Positions 19,936 through 30,407 of a DNA stretch of 64,000 nucleotides are shown piece by piece (position 1 is the first letter of the stretch; each line of letters begins with the position of its first letter). The notes below the pieces were generated by a model that saw only the letters and a program-made list of their open reading frames with translations, made no database searches and was not told the DNA's origin. The DNA comes from an uncultured Akkermansia sp. (GTDB taxonomy: Bacteria; Verrucomicrobiota; Verrucomicrobiia; Verrucomicrobiales; Akkermansiaceae). The translations under genes were made by a program, and so were the position numbers. The stretch is from positions 10,805 to 74,804 of the forward strand of contig CAZJIH010000001.1 of the NCBI GenBank assembly GCA_964545935.1, written 5' to 3'.

Positions 19936-20074
19936 TACTTCCCCGTACACCATACCTGTACCGATAAGAATGATAGCACTGCGTTAAGCGAAGGCTTTGT
20001 TTCATGGGAACATACATTTTTTCCTGCTCGCTTTTTTCTTGACTCTGCAACGGATGTGGTATATCCTCAGCGCC

Positions 20075-20578
20075 GTGAATGCGCATGTATATATCAACTT
20101 AGATGGCATAACCGAAGAAGGACGTCAGATAACCGGGTCGGTAGATGGAGAATCGTTGCTCGAGCTTGGGAACGGGGATGTTCAAAGCGCCGGTACTATA
20201 GATTACGAATTGTATGTACAACTATTCGGAGAACGAGAGTTAGTGGCAAGGGGAACTGTAAGGGTACCGCTTAAAATGCGCTGCGAGCGTTGTTTGCGAG
20301 AATTCACACACACCTTGTCACCGGAGGTTGTGCTGAATTGTGAGGTATCCGATACAATGCGCCAAGTTGACCTAGCTGAACAACTCCGAGAAGAACTTTT
20401 GCTCGACTTACCGGCTTACCCCAAATGTGAATCAGCGGGTCTCGAATGTGAAATTCATGACATACATGCAGATTTTGGGCTGGACAAATCACCCCGGGTG
20501 GGTGTACAATGTGCTGCGGCGCGGGAGCGTAGTGTGTGGGATGCCTTGGATAAACTCGGCTCACCTCCTACTACATAA
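20075..20578 (+). CDS. yceD: YceD/DUF177 family protein
   Basis: CERCL and LREELLLDLPAYPKC motifs, WDALDKL end; canonical position upstream of rpmF. Start taken as GTG 20075. Confidence 0.85.
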   Translation: MNAHVYINLDGITEEGRQITGSVDGESLLELGNGDVQSAGTIDYELYVQLFGERELVARGTVRVPLKMRCERCLREFTHTLSPEVVLNCEVSDTMRQVDLAEQLREELLLDLPAYPKCESAGLECEIHDIHADFGLDKSPRVGVQCAAARERSVWDALDKLGSPPTT

Positions 20579-20629
20579 AGAACTTCCTCCCCATACAACA
20601 TTGAAATAAAATTAAACATATATCGAACT

Positions 20630-20818
20630 ATGGCAGCACCTAAACGCAGAACATCTAAAATGAAACAACGTTCCCGCTTGGCAGCTCAAGCGTGGAAAGC
20701 ACCCCAAATGGGCGAATGTCCAGAATGCAGCGCAGCAGTCCCACCTCACACTGCTTGTCCACGCTGCCATACCTACCATACACGCAAAGGTGAGGTTGTC
20801 AAGGTAGTTGTGGAGTAA
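20630..20818 (+). CDS. rpmF: 50S ribosomal protein L32
   Basis: [10 protein letters not shown]...CPEC...PHTACPRC. Confidence 0.95.
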   Translation: MAAPKRRTSKMKQRSRLAAQAWKAPQMGECPECSAAVPPHTACPRCHTYHTRKGEVVKVVVE

Positions 20819-21211
20819 GCGTCGCTTAATACACACCTGTCTCGATAAAATTCTCGAAAGGCGCCGCAATGCTAAATCCCATGCGGCTTGTGGTTTTTCC
20901 GCGTGCTGTGGGGTATCCACTTTGTGGGTACATGGGTTTAGTTTTCGCGCGTCGTTTCGCTTTTGCTTTCTCTCAACTCCCCTGCGCCTAACTCCTTCGC
21001 TTCATCCTTCGTTCTTCGTACATCGTACTTGATACCCCCTGTGTTCCTCGGCAGCAGAATCCGTGCTCAGCGTCAGACAACCATTTTTCTTGGGACGAAT
21101 AAGAGCAATGATGTAGAAAATGCCGATAAAAAAACGTATTGATGGTAGGGGATGGTTTCCCTGCTATCCGCGCAGCGATGTAGTCGTACTCATATATAAC
21201 CCCATACTGCA

Positions 21212-21841
21212 ATGAATAAAATACTTATGGTCCTTGCTGTACTGAGCATGCCACTCATGGCTCAGAATCCGGAGTCTCAGACTCCACCATCTCCGCCGAC
21301 GGTTGAAAATATACGTGTTATCTCTCCGCTACAAACAGCGATGAGGGCTCGTTTTATGCAAGACTTTGACCTCAATAAAGACGGTCGCCTTGATCCGCGG
21401 GAAAGAGGAATTGCACGTAAAGCATTTGAAGAGAATCAAGCTGAGTTGAGAAAAATTCAGGTAGCTTTTAAGCGATGGATTTTTAGGGTATTTGATACGA
21501 ACAAGGACGGTCAGTTTGATGAGCAGGAGAAAGCCGCCATCAAGTCTGCTCTCATGAAGCGTTTCAATCGTGCCCCAGAACAACAGCAAACTGCCCCAAA
21601 AGCCCCATCTCAACGCAACCACGGCATGCGCGCCCACTGCGTACCCGATGTGCAATCCCGAGAACCGCGTCCCAATACAATCGGATGTCCTTGCTGCGCA
21701 CCGCCTCCACCGTGTACATGTCAACCGGCACCCTCCTGTTGTGCACCGCAACCTCCATGTTGTGCTCCCCTGCCACCGTGCTGCAGACCAAAGCATCCAT
21801 GCAGCGGTGCAAGGTCCTTTCGACATAGGCATTGTCACTGA
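21212..21841 (+). CDS. Secreted EF-hand protein with a Cys/Pro-rich C-terminal tail
   Basis: Signal peptide; two EF loops DLNKDGRLDPRE and DTNKDGQFDEQE; CCAPxPP repeats. Confidence 0.75.
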   Translation: MNKILMVLAVLSMPLMAQNPESQTPPSPPTVENIRVISPLQTAMRARFMQDFDLNKDGRLDPRERGIARKAFEENQAELRKIQVAFKRWIFRVFDTNKDGQFDEQEKAAIKSALMKRFNRAPEQQQTAPKAPSQRNHGMRAHCVPDVQSREPRPNTIGCPCCAPPPPCTCQPAPSCCAPQPPCCAPLPPCCRPKHPCSGARSFRHRHCH

Positions 21842-22035
21842 CACATTCCGAGTTCTCAACATGCCGCCACAGCATGCATCTCACGTGTAAACTTGGGTCG
21901 TGATTTCGTCGCAGGTAGGTACGGGAGTGGTTCAGTACGAAATCAAAGCGGAGGTTCTTCGGGGAACCGGTGCTCACGTTGAGTTTCCCCTTTTGGCGCA
22001 TGCCATCGCCCTCAGCTCGCCAACCGGCGGCATTT

Positions 22036-23073
22036 CTAAGGATGGCGTGGGGTACGGCGTGGGGTATGATGCGGGGTATGGCGTGGTGGTCTACGCGGCG
22101 GTTTTCGTTGGTGTTTTCCGTTGCCGGAGGTTCCTGCCCAGCTGTGCATCAATGTAGGAGCGAGTCTGCCGTAGAAAGAAGAAGCGTCGAGCTGAGAGAA
22201 AGCTGTGATAAAATCATAAATTTCACGTGGGCTTTGATTTTGACGGTGAGCAATTCCTATAATGAGAGCGTATGCTTGTTGACGATCCTCCGGTCGCAGG
22301 GAATTATCTTTAGCGATTTTAAGACATTCCGCTTTAATGTATTCGTAATTAGGGACAAAGCGAGGAGAAACGAATCCATCCCTTGTGTTAAGCATACCAT
22401 ACATAAAACTGACCGGACTATATAGCAAACTACGCGCGTATCTACGACTATCGGAGGGATCCGCTTGACGGATTAGAGAAGCGAAACGGACGCGCGGGTT
22501 AGAATTCGAGTACTCCGGGTTGGGGAAGTGGTTATTTATGTAATGCGGTTGAGGGAAGGGAACTTCCGCTGCCTTATGGATTAAATCCGCGCTTCGAGTG
22601 CCCTGAGTTTGACGGGATTGTGCCATGTAACCATCCCGTTGACGCAAGCGAGCAATCATGGTACGAATATTTTGTACACCTTGACTCCCTGTTTCATCCC
22701 CGATGGCATCCATACCCGGCATGTAAGCATAAACACTTCCTTGTTTATCGAGGAAAATGAGGGAGGGACATATCGGCAAATAACTACCCATCGGAGAAGG
22801 TAAAGAAGATTGACCCGCATCAACTGCCTGAGCAACTAAAAGAGCTTGCCCACTCGCTTGTTGTACCTCATCCCTTTCCCAAAATTTATGCAAGAGCACC
22901 TCGCTACGACGATTCCATTTCGGACCATACAAAAACACGACTATCCCATCGTCACCGGCTTTACCTAAAGCCTCGCCAATAGATGTGAAACGTCGCGAAG
23001 GATCCGGCTCGGCATGCAACAACATCCCACACCAAACACATATCATATACACCCATATAAGCAATTTAACCAT
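22036..23073 (-). CDS. Hypothetical exported protein (possible thioredoxin-like fold)
   Basis: Signal peptide; IVVFLYGPKW...CPSLIFLDKQG pattern; (R/H)(R/H)TP repeats at the C-terminus; overlaps the end of the upstream gene by 8 nt. Confidence 0.6.
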   Translation of the reverse strand: MVKLLIWVYMICVWCGMLLHAEPDPSRRFTSIGEALGKAGDDGIVVFLYGPKWNRRSEVLLHKFWERDEVQQASGQALLVAQAVDAGQSSLPSPMGSYLPICPSLIFLDKQGSVYAYMPGMDAIGDETGSQGVQNIRTMIARLRQRDGYMAQSRQTQGTRSADLIHKAAEVPFPQPHYINNHFPNPEYSNSNPRVRFASLIRQADPSDSRRYARSLLYSPVSFMYGMLNTRDGFVSPRFVPNYEYIKAECLKIAKDNSLRPEDRQQAYALIIGIAHRQNQSPREIYDFITAFSQLDASSFYGRLAPTLMHSWAGTSGNGKHQRKPPRRPPRHTPHHTPRRTPRHP

Positions 23074-26026
23074 AAACTAAAACGGCACGAAAATCTATAC
23101 CCGGCATAAAAATACCTGTTCCTGAATTAATGCGAATGAATTTGAACGGACGAAGCTTACGTGGAGGATCAACTACTACGTACTGAGATTCCTGTCCATT
23201 CGGCAATTGTGCTATCTTTTCCCATTTCTTGCCATCCCGCGATACCTCCACAAACCATTCCGAATATCTACTGCATCCACCGACAGGTACTATCACAATT
23301 GACTTAACGCGTGTAGGACGCGCTAATTCTAAGGTAAGCAAACGCGAACCGCCTGATTCCGAACGAATGAGTCCCCCGCTCGGTGTAAGCGCTGCTTGGT
23401 GAGCAATAAAAGACTCATCGCCACTGCGGTACGCATCTAACGTTACCAAACATCCCGGTGATATTAATTTCCCTTTACATGGAGGCAACTCCGGCATCTT
23501 ACTCCGGATGATACGACTTATAGAATTACTCATCGGATAGGCGTCCGGATTTATATAATTTTTGCTGTATTTTGTAATAATTTTCAAACAATCTTTACGA
23601 TCAAAGCCACGACGATTCTTACCTTCCATAGCCGATTTCGCACCATCCTCAGCACTACGAATGATCGCTGCGTGTATAGCCACCCGGAGATTTGCCTGCT
23701 TCTCATCTTCTGTACTCAGTCCGGATATAATTTCATCCGCTTTATCCAGTACATGTTTAGCAGGTAAAGGACCTTCATTAAAAGCACGGCGTATCGCCCA
23801 TGCCATGAAAGATAAAAATTGTGGCTTTTGTTGTACTATTTCACATAAGTGTATAAGGAATTTTCGTTTATAGATGGGACCTTTCCCTAAAGCATTAAAT
23901 TGGTAGCTAAGAAAATCATTTGCTTCCCAGTCATGCCCCTCCGGTGCATCTAGATTATCCCAATAGTACATCAATGTTTTATATCTGCGCCGTACCTGTC
24001 GGTCATACTTCAACATATCCGGCAATACATGCTCAAGTAAAAAATTTGCGCTTAACTCCGGATTCGTTTTTACTAACCTTGTACAAAATTTTTCCATAAA
24101 ATCGGGAAAAAGATTCGGACGGCGCCGGAGGATAGGACGGACAGTGTTTACATAACTTTCCCAGATAGGTAACATCGCCGGTTGGATGGATATAGCAGCT
24201 TCGAAGAGTTTGCGACTATATAACACTTTTGATGTATTTGACCCAACCATCGCTGCCAGCGACGCTACCATTTGAGCGTCGCGTGTACGTTTTCCCTGCT
24301 GGTACATGGATGCCAATAACTCTAAATCTTTGAATGATTGGTAACTCCAGTACCGTGTATGCAACATTCGATTGTCACTTAAGGAATTGGACGGTACCCA
24401 TTGTCCATTTTCCCAGACAGCGTACGAGCAATGACCCGGTTCGGATAAAGTCACTGCCGGTATCCCATTGGAGCAGGCAGCCGCAGCTCCGAAGTGCGAA
24501 AGTTGCACGCATACGCCTCCTACATCGCGTACCATTTTTGCATAATTTCCCGGATAAGATGGTGCAAAGGGTTCGTAATACGCGGAACTAAATATAGTGC
24601 TACCGAAACTATTGACCGGTAAGTACGGTACCATGGTGAATGCACGCGAATAAGCTCCGGTGGGCAACGTCGCATTGTCGCGTAGCCATTCCATGGTGCT
24701 TGCGGTACCGAATTGACTATCCCCCTTCCATCCACAGCAAATGCGCAGAAGCCAATCCGGTAAATTCTGAAAATTGGTGTCAATTTTACCGGTATCCCAT
24801 CCCTTTGCATACAAGAAATAACGTTCCTTTGCCAGTTTATAGGGATCAACCTCCGCTTGCCCTCGTTTCTTTATTCGCGTCCGCCGAGCATTCTTGTAGT
24901 ATTGTCCCATCATCTTGAGCCGTTTTATGTCCCTCTTGGTAAGCAAACCAGGATCGTCCCCGTACCAATGATTCCGGGTGTATTCTGCTGCAACGGCTGC
25001 CGCTACACGTCGTTTAACATCTGATCTTGCTTTTCCCTCCGGGGCTACATCCATTTCCGGGTCCGCCTTACGAATGGCAGCTACCATCGCTAATACTACC
25101 TCTGCACGTACCAATTCTCCATCGTAAACCAATGCAGCCACCCAGCTTAAATCATTCAAAAGAGGTGTCAATATCTCGGCATTGGATCTTTCATACATTA
25201 ATTTGGCAAGTACATCTAAATCCGCGTGGTGCAGTAACTCCCATTGCGCTAACTTAAGTCGTACTTCTGGGTCTTTGATGAGCTCGTGTACGTTGTTCAC
25301 TCCTACTTTGTGCCATGCCGCATTTATCTCATTGGTCAATCGTTTGTACACTATCTTCGGATTCCTCCATTGGGTCACTCCCAATTTGCTAGTACTTTTC
25401 TCTTCACTCACCGGGCGATTCCCGTCATCTTCTGCCAAACGACGTTGTATCTTGTCTGTGTTTATCTCTTCTTCATCGTCTTTCTCGTCCCCGTCATTCT
25501 CATCTCTTCCGTCTTCTTCCCCATCATCCTCTCCGCTTTGCTCTTCCTTCCCCGGTTCTTCATCTTCTCCTTCCTCACTTTCATCGAGTGGCTCTTCATC
25601 TTCCCCAACTTCCGTCCCCTCTTCCTCATCGTCTTCTTCCGTTTCCTCTGCATCGTACTCATCATCCCACCAATCATCGTCGTGCCATATTTCCCCCTTG
25701 TTGTCAATGTCACCCTCTCCTATTGTAGTCGCTACCGAGTTTCCGCCACCGTGTTCGTTCCCTTCTTCCATCCTCGCAATCGCATGCTCATCTACTTCGA
25801 TGATCATTGGTTCAAACAAATATCCGCCCGCAAATCCGAGTAGTAATACGATAAACAACAGATTCCACGGGACATACGTCCGCTTAGTACGTATATCTTT
25901 TCCTGTGTCCCTCTGTCTCTTTACCACCCTTTTTCTCCGCTTTTTTCGCATTTTTATTCGCCTTTCTCCCCTACCACACATTCTACCTGATTCCACCCGA
26001 AATTGCAAGAAGGAAATTTTTATCAT
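23066..26026 (-). CDS. Large membrane-anchored protein: acidic linker, transglutaminase-like Cys-His motif, C-terminal discoidin-like domain
   Basis: 986-aa ORF with one TM, an E/D-rich tract, GGVCVQLSHF...GIPA...PGHC, and VEVSRDGKKWE...FKFIRI. Start may be at MRKKRR. Confidence 0.65.
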   Translation of the reverse strand: MIKISFLQFRVESGRMCGRGERRIKMRKKRRKRVVKRQRDTGKDIRTKRTYVPWNLLFIVLLLGFAGGYLFEPMIIEVDEHAIARMEEGNEHGGGNSVATTIGEGDIDNKGEIWHDDDWWDDEYDAEETEEDDEEEGTEVGEDEEPLDESEEGEDEEPGKEEQSGEDDGEEDGRDENDGDEKDDEEEINTDKIQRRLAEDDGNRPVSEEKSTSKLGVTQWRNPKIVYKRLTNEINAAWHKVGVNNVHELIKDPEVRLKLAQWELLHHADLDVLAKLMYERSNAEILTPLLNDLSWVAALVYDGELVRAEVVLAMVAAIRKADPEMDVAPEGKARSDVKRRVAAAVAAEYTRNHWYGDDPGLLTKRDIKRLKMMGQYYKNARRTRIKKRGQAEVDPYKLAKERYFLYAKGWDTGKIDTNFQNLPDWLLRICCGWKGDSQFGTASTMEWLRDNATLPTGAYSRAFTMVPYLPVNSFGSTIFSSAYYEPFAPSYPGNYAKMVRDVGGVCVQLSHFGAAAACSNGIPAVTLSEPGHCSYAVWENGQWVPSNSLSDNRMLHTRYWSYQSFKDLELLASMYQQGKRTRDAQMVASLAAMVGSNTSKVLYSRKLFEAAISIQPAMLPIWESYVNTVRPILRRRPNLFPDFMEKFCTRLVKTNPELSANFLLEHVLPDMLKYDRQVRRRYKTLMYYWDNLDAPEGHDWEANDFLSYQFNALGKGPIYKRKFLIHLCEIVQQKPQFLSFMAWAIRRAFNEGPLPAKHVLDKADEIISGLSTEDEKQANLRVAIHAAIIRSAEDGAKSAMEGKNRRGFDRKDCLKIITKYSKNYINPDAYPMSNSISRIIRSKMPELPPCKGKLISPGCLVTLDAYRSGDESFIAHQAALTPSGGLIRSESGGSRLLTLELARPTRVKSIVIVPVGGCSRYSEWFVEVSRDGKKWEKIAQLPNGQESQYVVVDPPRKLRPFKFIRINSGTGIFMPGIDFRAVLVYG

Positions 26027-26143
26027 TGTCGCAATCCGGAACTATTCCAAGAAAAAACTTCAACAAATGTCGATCAAAATCAAAATACTGCGTATGGAAC
26101 AAAAAGGTTGAAAAATGCGTGTGATGCGTGTAAAATGTAGTGC

Positions 26144-28156
26144 ATGAGGAGACCACCGATACCCGGGATAGTAATGGCAGATAACTGGTTGACGCCGTAT
26201 GAACAAGCGATCAAGATAGGCTTGCGATTATATGACAATCGTGCGGAGGCGCTTGCACGCAGATACGGGAGTTTGGAGGAGGCTGCGCGCGGATATGAAC
26301 GGATGGGAATACTACGGGATAACGAGACGGGGGAATGGATATACCGGGAATGGGCACCGGGCGCGCGTAGTCTGCGATTTATAGGTGATTTTAACGGGTG
26401 GGACAGAGAGGCAACGCCTATGCAGGTAGATAAATCCGGTGTATGGAGTGTACGTTTACCGGCTGAAACCTTACACCACGGCGACCGTGTTAAAGTACAT
26501 GTGCTGGGCGCGGATATGCAACGACGCGACCGCATTCCGGCATGGATTCGCTGTACCTACCAAGACCCTCAAACTTACGATTACTGCGGGGTCGTCTGGG
26601 CACCGCCTTCGCCGTATCAATGGAAAAATACACGGTGGAACCCCTCGCGTATCCGAGAACCGCTCATCTACGAAGCTCACATAGGCATGGCAGGCGAAGA
26701 ACCCCGCTTACATACTTATACCGAATTTACGCGTAACATCCTCCCCCGTATCGCTGCACTCGGTTATAATACATTGCAGCTCATGGCAATACAAGAACAT
26801 CCATACTACGGTTCCTTCGGGTACCATGTCTCGTCGTTTTTTGCGCCGAGCAGTCGTTTCGGAACTCCGGATGAACTCAAGGAACTCATAGATACAGCGC
26901 ACGGAATGGGGATAGCAGTGTTACTGGATGTAGTGCATTCTCACGCTGTAAAAAATGTAGCTGAAGGGCTCAACAATTTTGATGGTTCCGGCGGACAATA
27001 CTTTCATGCCGGTGAACGAGATTCCGTGCATCCGGACTGGGATAGCTGTCTTTTTGATTACGGACGCGAGGAAGTCCAAATTTTTCTGTTGAGTAACCTG
27101 AGGTGGTGGCTGGAAGAATATCATTTCGACGGATTTCGCTTCGACGGCGTAACCAGTATGCTTTACCTTCACCACGGTCACGAGCCCTTCACCGACCTGA
27201 GCTGTTACTACAACGATCGCGTCAACGGTGATGCGGTCACTTACCTTCGCCTAGCTTCAACCCTCATCCACCGTATCCGACCCGGTGCCATCATCATAGC
27301 GGAAGATATGAGCGGCATGCCCGGAATGTGTCGCCCGACAGATGAAGGCGGTTTAGGCTTTACCCACCGACTGGCTATGGGTTTGCCCGATTACTGGATT
27401 AAACTCATCAAGGAAAAACGCGATGAGGAATGGAGTGTGGGGGATATGTGGTATACGTTGATTAACAGACGCTACGGTGAACCGAATATCGCATACGCCG
27501 AAAGCCACGACCAAGCTTTGGTGGGCGATAAAACGATAGCCTTTCGGCTCATGGATGCCGAGATGTATACGCACATGGCATGTGACATGCCGAGTCTCGT
27601 TATTGACCGCGGGATGGCTCTGCACAAGATGATTCGTCTTGTTACCATAGCGGCCGGAGGCGAGGGCTGGCTGAATTTTATGGGAAATGAATTCGGACAC
27701 CCGGAATGGATCGATTTCCCGCGCGACGGCAATAACCATTCCTATTTATATTGCAGACGTCAATGGAGTTTGGTTGACAACGATTTACTTCGTTACCGCT
27801 TCCTGAACAATTTTGATCGAGCGATGCTGAATTTGGTACGTGAAACGGGATTACTCGGAGCTCCGCCCGCTCATCCGCTGAATATGGATGAAACTAATCA
27901 GATTATGGCTTTTGAACGCGGCGGTCTCATGTTTGTGTTTAACTGGAACGGACACCGTGCTTTGCCGGATTACAGACTTCCGGCACCTTCAGCCGGGGAA
28001 TGGGAGGTACGACTGGATAGTGACGCGCCGGAATTCGGCGGTTTAGGACGCCAGGATCCTTCCGTACATCATTTTGCGGATACCGATAACTGTCTCTTCC
28101 TTTATCTTTTACCGCGCAGTGCCTTAGTTTTACAACGTTCCGTAATATCCTCCTAA
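26144..28156 (+). CDS. glgB: 1,4-alpha-glucan branching enzyme
   Basis: YREWAPGA, SFGYHV, DVVHSHA, FDGFRFDGVTSM, AEDMSG, YAESHDQ, FMGNEFGHPEW. Confidence 0.95.
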   Translation: MRRPPIPGIVMADNWLTPYEQAIKIGLRLYDNRAEALARRYGSLEEAARGYERMGILRDNETGEWIYREWAPGARSLRFIGDFNGWDREATPMQVDKSGVWSVRLPAETLHHGDRVKVHVLGADMQRRDRIPAWIRCTYQDPQTYDYCGVVWAPPSPYQWKNTRWNPSRIREPLIYEAHIGMAGEEPRLHTYTEFTRNILPRIAALGYNTLQLMAIQEHPYYGSFGYHVSSFFAPSSRFGTPDELKELIDTAHGMGIAVLLDVVHSHAVKNVAEGLNNFDGSGGQYFHAGERDSVHPDWDSCLFDYGREEVQIFLLSNLRWWLEEYHFDGFRFDGVTSMLYLHHGHEPFTDLSCYYNDRVNGDAVTYLRLASTLIHRIRPGAIIIAEDMSGMPGMCRPTDEGGLGFTHRLAMGLPDYWIKLIKEKRDEEWSVGDMWYTLINRRYGEPNIAYAESHDQALVGDKTIAFRLMDAEMYTHMACDMPSLVIDRGMALHKMIRLVTIAAGGEGWLNFMGNEFGHPEWIDFPRDGNNHSYLYCRRQWSLVDNDLLRYRFLNNFDRAMLNLVRETGLLGAPPAHPLNMDETNQIMAFERGGLMFVFNWNGHRALPDYRLPAPSAGEWEVRLDSDAPEFGGLGRQDPSVHHFADTDNCLFLYLLPRSALVLQRSVISS

Positions 28157-28178
28157 CCACCCTTGCCCTTTTTTTGCT

Positions 28179-30044
28179 ATGGAAACCGAAGTATCCGATG
28201 AAAGTACCATCCGAGTTATGGATGATGTGCTTGCGAGTCAGGTAGCAGCAGGCGAAGTAGTGGAACGTCCGGCTTCGGTTATTAAAGAATTAGTCGAAAA
28301 TAGTATTGATGCCGACGCAAAGGCTATTCGTACGGAAATTTCGCGTGGCGGGGTAGCAATGATTAAAGTAACCGACGATGGTAAAGGGATGAGCCGCAAA
28401 GACCTCGCGATGTGTCTGCGACGTCACGCTACCAGTAAACTCCGCGATTATGCCGGACTCTCGGATATCCGTCAACTCGGATTCCGCGGCGAAGCCCTGC
28501 CCAGTATCGCATCTGTCTCTCACCTATCGATCACCACACGCCGCACGCGGGATGTCGAAGGTTCCCTGCTTTGCTCCGACGGAGGTATCGATGAACCGAT
28601 ACGTACCGCCGGATGTCCCCCGGGTACAGCTATCGTGATACGTGACCTCTTTTACAATACTCCGGTACGACGTAAATTCCTAAAATCAATTGAAACAGAA
28701 TCCGGACACGCGGAACAACAAGTCAAATTACACGCACTGGCTTTCCCAAATATACGTTTCACATTCGTTCGCGACGGAAGTGTCGTCTTTGATCTCCCGG
28801 CTACACACGATATCCGACATCGTATCGCCGAGCTCAGTTCGTACGCCGCAGCGAGCGAGTTGATACGAATTCGTCCGACTACCGCCGAAGGTGCACGAGT
28901 GTCCGGTTTCCTTACACCGCTTTCACAAGCTCGCCGAAACAGAAAAGAACAATACATTTTCCTGAACGGACGAGCTATTGAGGATAAAATTATAACTCAT
29001 GCTATACGAGAGGGTTATGGTGGTATACCCGGTGGGGTATTTCCGAGATTTTATCTATACTTGGATATGGAACCGGCACTGGTAGATGTCAATGTCCATC
29101 CGGCTAAACGGGAGGTACGATTTCGACGTCCGGCAGAGTTGGCAGCCGCTGTAACTGAGGCGGTGGCTGCTACTTTAACCGAGCATGCGCGGGGTAATTC
29201 AGCGGATGTCGCATTGCATCCGGTACCCACTCCGGCACCCCCCGATTCCGAACCTACCGTAACTCCCTTACCACCGCCTCCTTCGGTGCCGATTGTGCCG
29301 TCGCATCTCCCTTCTCCTCCGTCTCCCGGTTACCCTACACCCCCGACTTCCCATGCGGAATCCCCGTCGCATCCCCTGCGCCTGAAGTCCGAACCCCTTC
29401 AATCCGAACTCGGCCTGCCACGTGAACCATCTTCGGTAAATTCAGAAATTCGTTCTTCTTCAAGGACTTCCGGTTTCCGGTTTCTCGCTGTCGTGCGCGA
29501 GCAGTACATCCTCTTTGAAAATGCGGAGGGTTTAGTTATGCTATCGGTGCGTGCCGCCCGTGAACGTATCCTCTTTGAACGACTCGTTGAAGCTAATAAA
29601 CGAGCTATTCCTTCCCAACAATTGATTGCGCCGGCTTTCATCGATTTAGCTGCCGTAGATGTCGGTCTCGTTTCTCAACTTCAACCACTTTTTATCCAAG
29701 CCGGATTCCGTGTCTCTCGCTTCGGTAATAAAACTTTACGTATCGAAGCTATACCCGCTTTTCTACCTCTCCGAGATGTTGAACCCTTTATCTCCGAACT
29801 CATCTATTCTTTCAGCGCAGGCGATGTGCGTACCAAACGTAACCGTGACCCATACGAACTCTTCGTTATACGCCTCGCACACCAATACGTCCGTAAAGAA
29901 GAAATGTATTCTTGGGTACATGACCCTATCCGTCTCCTTAACGACCTCCTTCACTGCGAAATTCCATACTGTACCCCACGCGGTAAACCTACTATGATCC
30001 CCTTCGCTTACTCCGAAATCCAACGTAAATTCCAAACTCAGTAA
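28179..30044 (+). CDS. mutL: DNA mismatch repair protein MutL
   Basis: AAGEVVERPASVIKELVENSIDA, GFRGEAL, DVNVHPAKREV; C-terminal motifs are divergent (SVRAARERI, CTPRGKP). Confidence 0.95.
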   Translation: METEVSDESTIRVMDDVLASQVAAGEVVERPASVIKELVENSIDADAKAIRTEISRGGVAMIKVTDDGKGMSRKDLAMCLRRHATSKLRDYAGLSDIRQLGFRGEALPSIASVSHLSITTRRTRDVEGSLLCSDGGIDEPIRTAGCPPGTAIVIRDLFYNTPVRRKFLKSIETESGHAEQQVKLHALAFPNIRFTFVRDGSVVFDLPATHDIRHRIAELSSYAAASELIRIRPTTAEGARVSGFLTPLSQARRNRKEQYIFLNGRAIEDKIITHAIREGYGGIPGGVFPRFYLYLDMEPALVDVNVHPAKREVRFRRPAELAAAVTEAVAATLTEHARGNSADVALHPVPTPAPPDSEPTVTPLPPPPSVPIVPSHLPSPPSPGYPTPPTSHAESPSHPLRLKSEPLQSELGLPREPSSVNSEIRSSSRTSGFRFLAVVREQYILFENAEGLVMLSVRAARERILFERLVEANKRAIPSQQLIAPAFIDLAAVDVGLVSQLQPLFIQAGFRVSRFGNKTLRIEAIPAFLPLRDVEPFISELIYSFSAGDVRTKRNRDPYELFVIRLAHQYVRKEEMYSWVHDPIRLLNDLLHCEIPYCTPRGKPTMIPFAYSEIQRKFQTQ

Positions 30045-30046
30045 AC

Positions 30047-30407
30047 CCTGAACCACAGTCCTGCCGCGTCCCACCACAATGCCCACCTCCCCGCCTCCCC
30101 TCCGCATTTACGATTTTTGATTTTTGATTTTTGATTTACGAATAATGCGCGCTCCGTTGCGCGGTCCCTCCGCGGAAACGAGCCCACCTCCAACGCCGAC
30201 GGTGCTCCGCGGTTCAGCGGCAGGGAGCGGAGGGTGTGGTGGGTGACACTTTTTGATTTTTGATTTTTGATTTAGGATTTAAGAAGTTAGCGCGCTCCGT
30301 TGCGCGGTCCCTCCGCAGATACGAGCCCGCCCCATACGCATGCGGTAAGCAACGGTTCAGCGGCAGGGAGCGGCGGATGTGGTGGGAAAGACTTTTGGGT
30401 TTTTAAT
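30047..30407. repeat. Composite intergenic repeat: heptamer arrays ATTT(T/A)(T/C)G plus two ~143-bp direct units
   Basis: GCGCGCTCCGTTGCGCGGTCCCTCCGC at 30147 and 30290; CGGTTCAGCGGCAGGGAGCGG at 30210 and 30353; heptamers at 30106-30140 and 30250-30283. Confidence 0.85.

Noticed and set aside
25182-26111. 309-aa Ser-rich ORF on the plus strand
   Set aside because: Antisense shadow of the Glu/Asp-rich tract in the 986-aa gene.
30100-30400. Possible CRISPR array
   Set aside because: Only two ~143-bp units whose intervening sequences are related, no regular repeat-spacer period and no cas genes.
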